64,000 bases of DNA from Firmicutes bacterium UBA5493 (lineage in GTDB: Bacteria > Bacillota > Limnochordia > Darwinibacteriales > Darwinibacteriaceae): contig DIPH01000001.1 of assembly GCA_002424045.1 (NCBI GenBank), positions 13,484 to 77,483 of the forward strand, read 5' to 3'. The stretch's first letter is position 1. Each line of letters opens with the position of its first letter. Of the stretch, positions 9,176 to 19,903 are shown piece by piece. Made by a program: the position numbers and the translations under genes. The notes below the pieces were generated by a model, which saw only the letters and a list, made by a program, of their open reading frames with translations, was not told the origin of the DNA and did no database searches.

Positions 9176-10261
9176 TTATAATGCCCGCTCCATAGCCTTC
9201 GGTTTTGCAAATATCATACGACCGGCCGCGGTCTGGAGAACACTGGTCACCAACACAGCCACTGTCTGCCCAATATAGCGGCGACCTCCATCCACTACAA
9301 TCATGGTGCCATCATCTAGGTAACCCACACCCTGACCTTGTTCCTTACCATCCTTAATAACCTGGACCTTAAGCTCTTCACCTGGTAACACAACCGGTTT
9401 CACGGAATTAGCCAGCTCGTTAATGTTTAATACGGGCACTCCCTGTAATTCACAGACTTTGTTGAGGTTATAGTCGTTGGTAACAACTTTGCCTCCCATA
9501 TCTTTGGCCAGTTTAACGAGTTTTGTATCAACCTCGTTAATGTCACCATAGTCTTGCTCCACAATGCGAACGTTGGAGTAGGGCTCCTTTTGAATCTTAT
9601 TGAGAATGTCTAACCCTCTTCTACCACGATTGCGTTTTAGTACGTCCGAAGAGTCCGCAATATGTTGCAACTCCTCCAAGACAAATCCCGGAACAATCAA
9701 ATCGCCCTCAAGAAACCCAGACTTTGTAATATCCGATATTCGTCCATCAATAATTACGCTAGTGTCGAGTATTTTGGGACTCCCCTCTGGAGTAGCAGCT
9801 TTCAAACTCGAGAAGGAGCGTTCTGTACGAGAAAAGACTTCGGGCAAGTCATCTGTTCTCCTAAGCCCGACCATGAGACCAAAATACCCCAATATAACTC
9901 CGAAAATGACGGGGAGAAAATCTCCCACGTAAGGGATTCTTAATAAAGGAATAGAAATGATCAGCGCAATAACCCAACCGCTAACCAACCCAATCATGCC
10001 CCCCACTAGCTCATGTGTGGGGATCTTTAGTAAAATCTGGGTCGCCTTCTTACTCCCCAGTTTCAGCCCTCGCACAATGGGTGGACCGACCACAGTACCG
10101 ACTAAAAAACCAACGAAAATAAACAGACCAACTAAATAACTCTCATCGATGAATCCAGCCATCGCGCCCGAGTTCAGCAAAAGCAATGCCCCGGAGTAAC
10201 CCAAGGCCGCGCCAATGGCAGCAAACACAATCCTAACGAATATGACCAAACTTCGCTTCAC
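9176..10261 (-). CDS. yacL: PIN/TRAM-domain membrane protein (YacL-like)
   Basis: N-terminal TM helices, then a PIN domain and a C-terminal TRAM-like region. Conserved position upstream of ispD, as in Bacillus. Confidence 0.78.
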   Translation of the reverse strand: MKRSLVIFVRIVFAAIGAALGYSGALLLLNSGAMAGFIDESYLVGLFIFVGFLVGTVVGPPIVRGLKLGSKKATQILLKIPTHELVGGMIGLVSGWVIALIISIPLLRIPYVGDFLPVIFGVILGYFGLMVGLRRTDDLPEVFSRTERSFSSLKAATPEGSPKILDTSVIIDGRISDITKSGFLEGDLIVPGFVLEELQHIADSSDVLKRNRGRRGLDILNKIQKEPYSNVRIVEQDYGDINEVDTKLVKLAKDMGGKVVTNDYNLNKVCELQGVPVLNINELANSVKPVVLPGEELKVQVIKDGKEQGQGVGYLDDGTMIVVDGGRRYIGQTVAVLVTSVLQTAAGRMIFAKPKAMERAL

Positions 10262-10394
10262 CTCCCACTATTATTAATGCACGCGATAGTTTAGCTCGTT
10301 CAAGTTATAGTATTTCCTGTTTTCTCTTAGGTATTCTTTTTTAGCCTAAATTGTTAACCTGTGCACCAACAGTCATACCCAGTGGCCCACCCCC

Positions 10395-10874
10395 CTACTG
10401 TTCAAAAAATCCGGCAATCTTCTCCACAATCTCCTCTTCTGTGGTATCTTGAGCAATCACCAGTTCGCTCAGGAGTATCTGCCTTGCGTTATCGAGCATC
10501 TTTCGTTCGCCAGTTGAAAGACCTTTTTCGTTTTCTCTAATAGTGAGGTTACGCACAACCTCAGCTACTTCGAAAATGTCTCCACTCTTTATCTTCTCCA
10601 TGTTGGCCCGGTAGCGACGATTCCAGTTTGACGACATGGTTGTTTGTTCGCCTTGTAAAATCTGGTAGACGCGCTTGACATCTTCATCATTACTCACTTG
10701 ACGAAGACCTAGTTCATCAACGGACTTCATGGGAATCATTACCTTCATATCCCCTATGGGCAGCGCCATAATATAATACTTTTGCTTTTCGCCAAGTACT
10801 TCCCGCTCTTCTATGGCCACGATAACACCGGCACCGTGCATGGGGTAGACCACATGATCCCCCACGTTATACAT
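10395..10874 (-). CDS. carD: CarD/CdnL family RNA-polymerase-binding transcription factor
   Basis: 159 aa. N-terminus MYNVGDHVVYPMHGAGVIVAIEEREVLGEKQKYYI matches the CarD_CdnL_TRCF domain. Confidence 0.85.
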   Translation of the reverse strand: MYNVGDHVVYPMHGAGVIVAIEEREVLGEKQKYYIMALPIGDMKVMIPMKSVDELGLRQVSNDEDVKRVYQILQGEQTTMSSNWNRRYRANMEKIKSGDIFEVAEVVRNLTIRENEKGLSTGERKMLDNARQILLSELVIAQDTTEEEIVEKIAGFFEQ

Positions 10875-10976
10875 CGCGCATCCTCCTTTGTCAAAACATC
10901 GATCCTTACAATAAATTTACCACTTTGCGCCCCTAAAGTCAAACGGGCCCATTTATAGCGGTCTCTTGTTCGCAGG

Positions 10977-11006
10977 TTGACAATCGTTTTTCAAAAGCTT
11001 TATAAT
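10977..11006 (+). promoter_or_regulatory. consensus sigma-A promoter (TTGACA, 17-18 nt spacer, TATAAT) driving the MazG-like gene
   Basis: Exact TTGACA at 10977-10982 and TTTATAAT at about 10999-11006. The ~88 nt leader before ATG 11101 contains two hairpins: GTTTCACacaGTGAAAC and GCTGAATGCtccGGCATTCAGC. Confidence 0.55.
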
Positions 11007-11100
11007 GAAACCAGTTGGACGTTTCACACAGTGAAACTCCAAGCTGAATGCTCCGGCATTCAGCAGACCCCATCAAAGGTGATGAGAGGACGGGACCAAG

Positions 11101-11502
11101 ATGACGAAGCCAGTTAACACTTGTCATTGTTTTCAAGAGAACGTACAAGATAACCTTGTGCGCCATTTCAGCATCCTAGATATCGTCTCGAAGTTTCAGG
11201 AGACCAATGCACGGGTAAACAGGGCTCTTTGTAGAGCGGTGACAGATTGTGGCTGCATTAACATCAACGCCTCAAAACAGCTCTTACCTGATGACTGTTC
11301 ATTCGAAGACGTCCGTAATCATATCCAATCGCATCTCACGGGACAGCTTTGCGAAAACTGCAGAGAAGTCTTGGAAGCCGAGGTGGGGCAAAACCTGTTT
11401 TACTTAGCAGGAATGTGTAATGCCCTTGGACTCGATCTCGAAGAGATTATTAATAAAGAAAGCCAACGAGTGAACACCTTAGGGATGTTCCATCTCCGTT
11501 AA
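11101..11502 (+). CDS. MazG-like nucleotide pyrophosphohydrolase-fold protein with a Cys-rich N-terminal region (hypothetical)
   Basis: 133 aa. C-terminal EVLEAEVGQNLFYLAGMCNALGLDLEEI resembles the MazG EExGDxLFxLxxxA motif. The N-terminus has C-x-C and CGC. GAGAGGACGGGA RBS. Convergent with disA; the two overlap by 4 nt. Confidence 0.5.
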   Translation: MTKPVNTCHCFQENVQDNLVRHFSILDIVSKFQETNARVNRALCRAVTDCGCININASKQLLPDDCSFEDVRNHIQSHLTGQLCENCREVLEAEVGQNLFYLAGMCNALGLDLEEIINKESQRVNTLGMFHLR

Positions 11503-12557
11503 ATATGGCTGTCCACTAACACCTGCTCACGTAAACGGCGTAAGCCCTCTTTGATGGCTTTCGCACGGACTTCTCCAATCCCTTCCACATCATCGAGCTC
11601 TTCGATGGTAGCATCCATGACCGTAGAAAGATCGTCGAAGGTCTTTACCAGATTCTCAATAACAGGCATGGGTAAACGGGGTATCTTGGCCAAGACACGA
11701 TATCCCCTAGAAGCCACGGCCTGTTCGAGGCTTGTCATACTTCCCCCAAATCCTAGCGTTTTCGAAATGAAACCTAGATTAAGGAGATCATCCGAATCCA
11801 TTTCTTCCAACTGGCTCCAACCTTCATTAAAGTTGCCACCATTATAATAGTCTTTAAAGACTAAGAGCCCCTCGTCTTTGGTATCCGCCATGAGCTCCTC
11901 GAGCTGCATTCTGACCAAACGGCCTTCCGACCCCAGTTGAATTACATATCTCTCGATTTCCCAGGCAATCCTGTTCACCATTTGGCTACGTTGCAATACC
12001 GTGGTTACATCCGTTAGGGTAACCAAATCTTCAAATTCGAGAGCACTCAAATTTGTTAAGGATTGCTGGAAAACACTGCGATACTTCTCCAAGGTAGATA
12101 AGGCCTGGTTGGCTTTTGCCAAAATCACGCTTACGTCGCGGATTATGTACTTCCAGTTTCCCCTATAAATGGTAATGATATTACGCCGTTGGGATATGGA
12201 AATCACAAGCTGACCCGTTTGTTTAGCGACCCTTTCTGCGGTTTTGTGCCGCGTCCCGGTTTCGAAACTCGGAATCATACTGTCTGGAACCAACTGGGTA
12301 TTGGCATAGAGAATCCGTTTGGCATCGCTGGATAATACGATGGCTCCATCCATCTTGGCCAGCTCATAAAGTGAACCAGGATGCATCTCAGAATTGATGT
12401 GAAAACCACCATTAACCAGCTCCAAGACTTCAGGAGTATCTCCTATGACAATTAAACCGCCAGTTTTTGCCTTCAAAATGCTGTCAAGACCTTCATAGAG
12501 TTGAGTGCCCGGTGCCAGCATCTCTAGATGTTCATAAATCATATCATCCTCACGCAT
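11499..12557 (-). CDS. disA: DNA integrity scanning protein / diadenylate cyclase
   Basis: 352 aa. DAC domain with LIVIGDTPEV...DGAIVL and a C-terminal HhH. Last gene of the clpC operon. Confidence 0.9.
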   Translation of the reverse strand: MREDDMIYEHLEMLAPGTQLYEGLDSILKAKTGGLIVIGDTPEVLELVNGGFHINSEMHPGSLYELAKMDGAIVLSSDAKRILYANTQLVPDSMIPSFETGTRHKTAERVAKQTGQLVISISQRRNIITIYRGNWKYIIRDVSVILAKANQALSTLEKYRSVFQQSLTNLSALEFEDLVTLTDVTTVLQRSQMVNRIAWEIERYVIQLGSEGRLVRMQLEELMADTKDEGLLVFKDYYNGGNFNEGWSQLEEMDSDDLLNLGFISKTLGFGGSMTSLEQAVASRGYRVLAKIPRLPMPVIENLVKTFDDLSTVMDATIEELDDVEGIGEVRAKAIKEGLRRLREQVLVDSHI

Positions 12558-12561
12558 GAAC

Positions 12562-13920
12562 TCACCTTCTTTTTACCGCAATTTTCAATGCTTCTTGTAT
12601 AGTGCTTACACCATAAACCTTAATAGGTTCGTTTCCTTGAACATTGCTCTTAGGGATGAGGCAACTTTCAAAGCCCAAGCGATGAAGTTCTGCTAGGCGC
12701 TGCTCCATACCCCGGACAGCCCTTATTTCTCCCGACAAGCCAACCTCTCCTAAGACAGCACAGAGTGGATCACAGCTCACATTCGAGACGCTACTGGCTA
12801 CAGCCACAGCCATGCCCAAATCCAGGGCGGGTTCTTGTAGCCTTAGACCCCCAGCAATATTCAAAAATACATCTTGCGACTGCAGGGGATACCCCTGCCT
12901 TTTTTCCAGTACGGCTAGGATAATGGAAAATCGTTGATAATCAACACCCGTCGTCTGCCTACGGGGAGTACCCCCATAGGGACTAGGAGCAACGAGGGCC
13001 TGCACTTCCACTAAGAGGGGACGGGTGCCCTCCATATACGGTACAACGACAGAACCAGAACTGTTCTCGGGACGCTGTGATAAAAGGAACCGCGAAGGAT
13101 TCACCACAGGGACTAGACCTCGTCCACCCATCTCAAAGATGGCGACCTCGTGGGTAGAACCAAAACGATTCTTCACCGAGCGGATGATTCGGAAGGATGT
13201 GTGCACTTCCCCTTCGAAATATAATACGAAATCCACTGCATGTTCTAGTACTTTGGGACCAGCTAGATTGCCACCCTTGGTCACATGTCCCACCAGAAGA
13301 ATGGAAGTATCGCTGCCCTTGGCCACCTGCAAAAACCGTCCCGTGGATTCGCGCACTTGTCCTACACTACCGGGAGGCGAAGAAACCTCTTCCACAAACA
13401 TAGTCTGAATGGAATCAACAATGACCAAGACTGGCATTTCTTCCTCGATAACCTCGCAAATTGCATTCGTGTTGGCTTCGCTAAGGACAATGAGCTCTTC
13501 GGCAACAGCGTCTAAACGTATCGCTCGCAGTTTGAGTTGGGCCAAAGACTCCTCACCGGTGACGTAGAGAACCTTGCCAATGCTTCGAGCCACACAGCTA
13601 GCCACCTGCAAGAGCAGGGTTGACTTGCCGATTCCAGGATCCCCACCGATTAGGCCTAAGCACCCTGGTACTAAACCGCCCCCTAAAACCCGATCAAGCT
13701 CTTCAATGCCCGTGCTAAAACGGGATTCAGCACGGTTTTCAATCTTCGTTAAGGGTACAGGTTTGCTCTTCGCCACCCAGGTGCGGGCGTTTTTACTGAC
13801 AGGTTGGACTGTTTCTTCTACTAGGGTATTCCACTCCTCGCAGGAAGGACATCTTCCCATCCAACGAGGGCTCTCGGCTCCACAAGCCTGACAAACAAAT
13901 ACGACCGTTTTTCTAGCCAC
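12562..13920 (-). CDS. radA: DNA repair protein RadA/Sms
   Basis: N-terminal C4 zinc finger (CQACGAESPRWMGRCPSCEEWNT), RecA-like Walker A GDPGIGKST, and a Lon-like C-terminus. Confidence 0.92.
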   Translation of the reverse strand: MARKTVVFVCQACGAESPRWMGRCPSCEEWNTLVEETVQPVSKNARTWVAKSKPVPLTKIENRAESRFSTGIEELDRVLGGGLVPGCLGLIGGDPGIGKSTLLLQVASCVARSIGKVLYVTGEESLAQLKLRAIRLDAVAEELIVLSEANTNAICEVIEEEMPVLVIVDSIQTMFVEEVSSPPGSVGQVRESTGRFLQVAKGSDTSILLVGHVTKGGNLAGPKVLEHAVDFVLYFEGEVHTSFRIIRSVKNRFGSTHEVAIFEMGGRGLVPVVNPSRFLLSQRPENSSGSVVVPYMEGTRPLLVEVQALVAPSPYGGTPRRQTTGVDYQRFSIILAVLEKRQGYPLQSQDVFLNIAGGLRLQEPALDLGMAVAVASSVSNVSCDPLCAVLGEVGLSGEIRAVRGMEQRLAELHRLGFESCLIPKSNVQGNEPIKVYGVSTIQEALKIAVKRR

Positions 13921-14051
13921 AGTCTACCCTTTCTATGTTCCAAATTTTCCTACACTTCTATTATACCATCAGAAAAAGGAGTGCACAACTGCCCATGAGG
14001 CGGATCTGCACTCCCTATCTCTCGAAAAACTATCCTACAGCAAACTTCCGA

Positions 14052-16463
14052 TTAATGGAAAATAAACTCCCCTTCTTTCGAGTCTACCGTAATGGTGCCC
14101 CCTTCTCCGAAGGTGCCCCTGAGAATCTCTTCTGCCAGGGGATTTTCTATATGCCTTTGAATAGCCCTGCGCAGTGGTCTAGCCCCAAAGTCCGGATCAA
14201 AGCCCTTGTTGGTGAGGAGTTCTTTGGCTTGGTCCGTTATAGACAAAGCAATATCCATATCCTCAAGCTGGGTGCGAAGCTCCTTGAGCATGATGTCCAC
14301 AATTTGGCTGATGTGCACCTTGTTGAGAGCATGGAAGACCACAACTTCATCCACCCTGTTTAAAAACTCGGGGCGGAATGCCCGCTTGAGCTCATCGGTG
14401 ACCTTCCCTTTCATGGCTTCATAATCACTGCGCTCATCAACAACGGCCCTAAAGCCAATGCCTGAGTCACGCTGAATTTGCTGGGCCCCTACGTTGGAGG
14501 TCATGACAATTACCGTATTACGGAAGTCCACAACGCGGCCCTTAGAATCGGTGAGTCTGCCGTCTTCTAGCACTTGGAGCAGGATATTAAAGACCTCTGG
14601 ATGGGCCTTTTCTATTTCATCAAAGAGCACGATCGAATAGGGCTTTCTGCGTACTTGTTCTGTGAGTTGACCACCCTCATCATAACCCACATAACCTGGA
14701 GGCGAACCGACCAAACGGGAGACGGCATGACGCTCCATGTATTCGGACATGTCAAGACGCACCATGGCATCCTCATCACCAAACAGAGCTTCAGCCAAAG
14801 CCCTTGCTAGTTCCGTTTTCCCCACACCAGTTGGTCCTAAGAAGATAAACGAACCAATTGGTCTCTTGGGATCTTTCAGTCCCGCATGGGCCCTGCGAAC
14901 GGCCTGGGATACTGCGCCGATAGCTTCGTCTTGCCCAATAACCCGTTCATGAAGCACTTCCTCTAGGTTGAGCAGACGTATGGCATCTTCTTCGGTAATA
15001 TCTGTAACAGGTACACCAGTCCATCCCGCCACAACCGCCGCTATATCCTCGGCAGTGACCACAGCCTCTGCTCGTCCGTGACTCTTGCGCCACTCGGTGC
15101 GTTTGGATTCCAGCTCCTCCTGGAGTTTTTGTTCGGTGTCTCGTAAGCGGGCTGCTTGTTCAAACTCTTCATTCTTGATGGCCGCCTCTTTCTCAACACT
15201 CACTTCGTCAATTCTAGCTTCCAGATCTTTAAGCTCTGGTGGGGCCACAAGACCTGCTAAGCGCACACGAGAACCTGCTTCGTCCATAAGGTCAATGGCC
15301 TTGTCTGGCAAGAAACGATCGCTAATGTAACGATCACTTAAGCGAGCTGCAGCCACAATGGATTCATCATTAATCTTCACCCTGTGATGAGCCTCGTAGC
15401 GATCCCTAAGACCTTTAAGAATCTCGATGGTCTCTTCCACGCTTGGTTCATCAACCATTACGGGTTGAAAACGCCTCTCGAGGGCTGCATCTTTTTCCAC
15501 ATGCTTTTGGTATTCATCCAGTGTGGTTGCTCCAATAGCCTGCAGTTCACCCCGGGCTAAGGCTGGTTTGAGAATATTGGCTGCGTCAATGGCCCCCTCC
15601 GCGGCACCGGCACCGATGATCGTGTGCATTTCATCAATAAACAGCACCACATCACCTGCGCCGCGGATCTCCTCCATCACTTTCTTCAGGCGTTCTTCAA
15701 ACTCACCACGGAATTTCGAGCCAGCTACCAAACTGCCTAAATCCAAGGTGACTACACGTTTATTACTCAGGGTCTCCGGCACATCATTGTGGATGATCTT
15801 GAGAGCTAAGCCTTCCGCTATGGCCGTCTTCCCCACACCAGGTTCGCCAATCAAGACCGGATTATTCTTTGTACGACGGCTCAGAATCTGAATCACTCGC
15901 TGAATCTCTTTATCCCGTCCAATCACTGGGTCAAGACTACCCTCCCCGGCCAAAGCGGTCAAGTCACGACCAAATTGATCCAGTGTAGGGGTCTTGTTCT
16001 GACGGGGTGCCTGTGCCTTTCCTTGGCTTGCACCCCCTAGTTGACTGGTGACTTGTGAACGCACCTTTTCTAAATCAGCGCCCAGATTGTGGAGCACCTG
16101 GGCTGCTACTCCTTCTCCTTCACGAATTAAACCAAGCAAGAGATGCTCGGTACCAATATAGGTATGTCCTAGACGCCTGGCTTCGTCAAAAGCCAGCTCC
16201 AGCACCCGTTTCGAACGGGGAGTAAAGCCGATCTGACCCTGGGTTGGCTGGCCGCCGCGACCAATAATCCGCTCCACCTCTCCGCGTACTTGATCAATGC
16301 TAATTCCTAGAGACAAGAGAGACCGCGCTGCCACATCCTCGCCTTCTGCAATTAAACCGAGGAGAATGTGCTCTGTTCCCACCACATTATGCCCTAGCCT
16401 CCGTGCTTCTTCTTGTGAAAGGACAATCACTCGCTGGGCCCGTTCTGTAAAACGTCCAAACAT
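14052..16463 (-). CDS. clpC: ATP-dependent Clp protease ATP-binding subunit ClpC
   Basis: 803 aa. Clp_N repeats, two AAA+ modules ([15 protein letters not shown] and [15 protein letters not shown]) and a UVR motif. Confidence 0.93.
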   Translation of the reverse strand: MFGRFTERAQRVIVLSQEEARRLGHNVVGTEHILLGLIAEGEDVAARSLLSLGISIDQVRGEVERIIGRGGQPTQGQIGFTPRSKRVLELAFDEARRLGHTYIGTEHLLLGLIREGEGVAAQVLHNLGADLEKVRSQVTSQLGGASQGKAQAPRQNKTPTLDQFGRDLTALAGEGSLDPVIGRDKEIQRVIQILSRRTKNNPVLIGEPGVGKTAIAEGLALKIIHNDVPETLSNKRVVTLDLGSLVAGSKFRGEFEERLKKVMEEIRGAGDVVLFIDEMHTIIGAGAAEGAIDAANILKPALARGELQAIGATTLDEYQKHVEKDAALERRFQPVMVDEPSVEETIEILKGLRDRYEAHHRVKINDESIVAAARLSDRYISDRFLPDKAIDLMDEAGSRVRLAGLVAPPELKDLEARIDEVSVEKEAAIKNEEFEQAARLRDTEQKLQEELESKRTEWRKSHGRAEAVVTAEDIAAVVAGWTGVPVTDITEEDAIRLLNLEEVLHERVIGQDEAIGAVSQAVRRAHAGLKDPKRPIGSFIFLGPTGVGKTELARALAEALFGDEDAMVRLDMSEYMERHAVSRLVGSPPGYVGYDEGGQLTEQVRRKPYSIVLFDEIEKAHPEVFNILLQVLEDGRLTDSKGRVVDFRNTVIVMTSNVGAQQIQRDSGIGFRAVVDERSDYEAMKGKVTDELKRAFRPEFLNRVDEVVVFHALNKVHISQIVDIMLKELRTQLEDMDIALSITDQAKELLTNKGFDPDFGARPLRRAIQRHIENPLAEEILRGTFGEGGTITVDSKEGEFIFH

Positions 16464-16481
16464 ATTGACACCTTCTTTCCG

Positions 16482-17522
16482 TCATGAGTTATCATTAAGT
16501 GTATCTCGAATCAAACTTGCCCGCAAGCGATCCCTTTCGTGCACAGGAAGGGCCTGCCCCATTATTCTTTGAAGATGGGCGGACCGAATCTGAACCATGA
16601 GTTGTTTCAAACGTTCAGGATCACTATGCTCAATCACACCTAAGTCTACCCCAAGCTTTAGGTCGGACAAAAGCTCCATGGCTTCTTGACTTGTGATGGT
16701 TCGGGCGTTACTTAAAATTCCATAAGATCGGTATAACCAGTCTTCTGTTGCTAGTTTTCGATCTTCTTCCAACAGATACTCCCGCGCTTGACGTTCACTG
16801 TGGAGAATCTGGTCGGTAAAGCGGGCCAAATGTTCGATGGTCTCTTCTTCACTCTGACCTAGTGTAATCTGATTGGAAAGTTGAAACACATTGCCCCAAA
16901 TGTCGCTACCTTCCCCATAAAGCCCCCTCACCGTCAACCCAAATTTGGACACGGTCCCCAAGACCTCTTGGACCTTTTTGAGCCTGCGGAGAGCAGGCAA
17001 ATGGAACATCACCGATGCCCTCAGCGCGGTTCCCACGTTCGTAGGACAACAAGTTAGATATCCAGACTGCATATCAAAGGCATAGTCTAGGTGTTCCTCG
17101 AGACGATCGTCAATCTCGGTGGCCACATTCCAGGCCTTTTCAAGCTGTAGCCCCGGCTTTAGCACCTGAATCCGCAGATGGTCCTCTTCGTTCACCATGA
17201 TGCTGACATTCGATGTATCGCTGAGAATGACTGCCTTGTGCTGAGGATTCTGGGTATGGCTGGGGCTGATCAGATGCTCTTCAGCCAAGATTTGCCGATC
17301 TAACGTGTCCATGGTGCCCATTTCATGATAGCTAAACTCCCCAAGTCCCTGCAGATGCGCAACGACAGCTGAGGTCTTGTTTAAGACCTCCCTAAGGTCG
17401 TCTCGACTGGCTCCGCCTGGAAACGGAATCCCTTCTAGGTTTCGGGCCAAACGACAGCGGGTTCCTAGAACAATATCGCCCTGCGGTCCACTTTGTTTCA
17501 TCCAGGACGCAATCTTCTTCAT
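16482..17522 (-). CDS. mcsB: protein-arginine kinase McsB
   Basis: 346 aa phosphagen-kinase-like protein. N-terminus SWMKQSGPQGDIVLGTRCRLARNLEGIPFP matches McsB. Confidence 0.9.
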   Translation of the reverse strand: MKKIASWMKQSGPQGDIVLGTRCRLARNLEGIPFPGGASRDDLREVLNKTSAVVAHLQGLGEFSYHEMGTMDTLDRQILAEEHLISPSHTQNPQHKAVILSDTSNVSIMVNEEDHLRIQVLKPGLQLEKAWNVATEIDDRLEEHLDYAFDMQSGYLTCCPTNVGTALRASVMFHLPALRRLKKVQEVLGTVSKFGLTVRGLYGEGSDIWGNVFQLSNQITLGQSEEETIEHLARFTDQILHSERQAREYLLEEDRKLATEDWLYRSYGILSNARTITSQEAMELLSDLKLGVDLGVIEHSDPERLKQLMVQIRSAHLQRIMGQALPVHERDRLRASLIRDTLNDNS

Positions 17523-18031
17523 TCGCCATCCCCCCCCGCCACCTTGGCCTCTAAGAGGCGAAGCTCATCACGGTATTTGGCCGCCTGTTCATAATTCTCC
17601 TGCCGTACACATTCTTGCAAGCGCTTGCGAAGATCTTCGATCTGCCGGTTAACACGTACTTTGGGATAGCCACGGGCTGGAACTTTACCTGTATGTGTAC
17701 TCGAACCGTGCAATCTGCGCAAGACCGGGTTCAGCTCATCATGGAACACTTCATAACAGCTGCTGCAACCTAAGCGTCCTGTCTTTTGCACATCAAGAAT
17801 TGTCCGCCCGCAAGTGGGACACTTCTTCATGGGCTGACTTGGACTCAATTTCTGACCGATTTTTCCCGTCTGGAACATACTGGACAGCAAATGCTGCAAA
17901 TCAAAGCCGGTACTAAAATTCGTGTATCCCTGGGCACAGTCTTGGCAGAGCCTCAGCTCAGTCTTGTTGTTATTTTCAATCTGCACAAACTTCACCGTAG
18001 CCTCATGTTGCCCACATTTTTCGCATAACAT
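17519..18031 (-). CDS. mcsA: McsA, activator of McsB (zinc-finger / UVR-motif protein)
   Basis: CxxC pairs (CEKCGQ, CQDCAQ, CPTCGR, CSSC) and a C-terminal UVR-like motif. I chose the MLCEKCG start at 18031 rather than the most-upstream 18046. Confidence 0.82.
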   Translation of the reverse strand: MLCEKCGQHEATVKFVQIENNNKTELRLCQDCAQGYTNFSTGFDLQHLLSSMFQTGKIGQKLSPSQPMKKCPTCGRTILDVQKTGRLGCSSCYEVFHDELNPVLRRLHGSSTHTGKVPARGYPKVRVNRQIEDLRKRLQECVRQENYEQAAKYRDELRLLEAKVAGGDGE

Positions 18032-18049
18032 TTTAGTATCACCCACCTC

Positions 18050-18514
18050 TCAGGACCTAGATTCCATAATAAAAAATAGTAGTGAACGGACCAAACTGGC
18101 CCGTAGTACATTTTTGCCTTGGCTCATGCCACCAACTTCCTGCTGCACAATACCGCGAATGAGCTGGAGCTCTCCAGAGGAAATCACATGACGGTCCTTG
18201 AGATGGGCTAAGATATTTTCCATCTGCTTATCATCAAGCTCAGAACCAATACTCTGCAGAAGGCTGATTGCATGGGTATAGCTGTTGTCCACCTGTACAT
18301 GGCCGACTCGAATGTACCCACCGCCTCCGCGCCTGCTTTCTACGATGTAACCTCTCTCGAGCGTAAAGCGAGTAGACAAAACATAGTTTATCTGCGAAGG
18401 AACGCAGGAAAAATCATCAGCCATTTGGGCGCGGCTCAATTCAACACTATTGGTTTGACTGCTACGCAGCATCCTTTTAATGTGCGCTTCAATATGATCC
18501 GCTAAAGTACTCAT
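18050..18514 (-). CDS. ctsR: class III stress-gene transcriptional repressor CtsR
   Basis: 154 aa. HTH plus the glycine-rich loop RRGGGGYIRV characteristic of CtsR. Confidence 0.9.
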   Translation of the reverse strand: MSTLADHIEAHIKRMLRSSQTNSVELSRAQMADDFSCVPSQINYVLSTRFTLERGYIVESRRGGGGYIRVGHVQVDNSYTHAISLLQSIGSELDDKQMENILAHLKDRHVISSGELQLIRGIVQQEVGGMSQGKNVLRASLVRSLLFFIMESRS

Positions 18515-18533
18515 GACTCTCTATCCAACTTTC

Positions 18534-18551
18534 TTTGACTATTACTGACCT
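18534..18551 (-). promoter_or_regulatory. CtsR operator (heptad direct repeat) overlapping the ctsR promoter. The -10 TATAAT is at 18559-18564
   Basis: The minus strand reads TATAATaaagctaAGGTCAGTaatAGTCAAAg. This fits the A/GGTCAAA-NAN-A/GGTCAAA consensus immediately downstream of the -10. A possible -35 is TTGCAT, 19 nt upstream. Confidence 0.7.
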
Positions 18552-18717
18552 TAGCTTTATTATAGCACATAATCAAAGCGACTATGCAACCTTACAGGGG
18601 ATGGTCAGGAAACGTCAAAACCCCATTTTCGCCTGTTTTAGGATCTTTTCGAAAAAAAATCGCGGTTTTTCTCCTTTTTAGTCCGGTTTTTGCATAAGGA
18701 TTCCAGGGGGGGATAGC

Positions 18718-19302
18718 ATGATCAACTATATCTGGTTCTTTATGATCCTGGGAGGTGTAATCACATCCGCCAGTAAAGGTCAAATCAACCTGGTAACCGA
18801 AGGCGTCCTCAAGGGCAGCGAACAGGCGGTACTGGTAGCGCTCGGTCTCATCGGCATTGTCTCGTTTTGGTCTGGTGTGATGAGAATTGCCCAAGACGCT
18901 GGCTTAATGGAGATGATCGCACGGGCCCTAGGTCCGGTCGCCCGCAAATTGTTTCCTGAAGTGCCAAGCCACCATCCAGCCATGGGCGCCCTACTTGTAG
19001 CCATGAGTGCCAACATTTTGGGGCTAGGTAACGCCTGCACACCCTTGGGACTTAAGGCTATGGGTCACTTACAAGAACTAAATGGCGACAAGGAGACAGC
19101 CTCCAATGCCATGTGCACCTTTATGGCTCTTACCTCCTCCAGCCTTACGGTGATTCCAACAACCATTATTGCTCTCCGTTTGACACACGGCTCTGCATCT
19201 CCAACAGAGATCATCGGCCCCATCCTTATTGCCACCACCTGCTCTACGCTGACTGCACTTGCAGTTGATGCACTTCTCAGACGCTTTTCAAAGAAACGGT
19301 AA
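18718..19302 (+). CDS. spmA: spore maturation protein A (nucleoside-recognition-domain membrane protein)
   Basis: 194 aa polytopic membrane protein. GGGGGG RBS. Forms a pair with the following spmB-like gene. Confidence 0.78.
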   Translation: MINYIWFFMILGGVITSASKGQINLVTEGVLKGSEQAVLVALGLIGIVSFWSGVMRIAQDAGLMEMIARALGPVARKLFPEVPSHHPAMGALLVAMSANILGLGNACTPLGLKAMGHLQELNGDKETASNAMCTFMALTSSSLTVIPTTIIALRLTHGSASPTEIIGPILIATTCSTLTALAVDALLRRFSKKR

Positions 19303-19314
19303 GGAGGAACCTTC

Positions 19315-19848
19315 ATGACATCTTTAATTCAGGGGCTTTCACGCTGGGCCATACCGCTCTTGCTTCTAGGGATAACAACCCTCGGCCTCTCGAAGCGTGT
19401 GCCCATCTATGAGAGTTTCGTGGAAGGTGCCAAGGAAGGATGGCAGACCGCTTTGCGTATCCTACCCTACCTTGTAGGGATGTTAGTGGCCATTCAAGTC
19501 TTCCAACACTCCGGTGCGTTAGACAGATTAATTGACCTTGTAAGTCCCCTCACCAATTTTCTGGGTTTTCCTAGAGAGGTCCTGCCCCTAGCATTGATGC
19601 GCCCCATCTCTGGTTCGGGATCTCTAGCCTTGTTATCGCAGACTTTTGCCACCTTTGGACCAGACTCCCTAGTGGGACGGGTTGCTGCCACGGTTATGGG
19701 CAGCACCGAGACAAGTCTTTATGTTCTCACTGTATATGCAGGATCCGTAGGCCTCAAGCGCACCCGCCACACCTTGGCCACATCACTCATTTCTGATGTT
19801 GCGGGTGTTCTAGCCGCGCTCTATATTGTCTTGCACTATTTTGCATAG
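19315..19848 (+). CDS. spmB: spore maturation protein B
   Basis: 177 aa membrane protein immediately downstream of spmA (12-nt gap). Confidence 0.78.
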   Translation: MTSLIQGLSRWAIPLLLLGITTLGLSKRVPIYESFVEGAKEGWQTALRILPYLVGMLVAIQVFQHSGALDRLIDLVSPLTNFLGFPREVLPLALMRPISGSGSLALLSQTFATFGPDSLVGRVAATVMGSTETSLYVLTVYAGSVGLKRTRHTLATSLISDVAGVLAALYIVLHYFA

Positions 19849-19903
19849 TTCACCATATTTTGGCCATACTTATAATTATCACAACAAGAGAGGGTGGCAC
19901 ACC

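Noticed and set aside
10939-11166. 75-aa minus-strand ORF across the carD / MazG-like intergenic promoter
   Set aside because: It overlaps the consensus promoter and leader hairpins. No RBS. Spurious.
18592-18894. 100-aa minus-strand ORF spanning the spmA promoter and 5' end
   Set aside because: Antisense to spmA, no RBS, no recognisable motif. Likely spurious.
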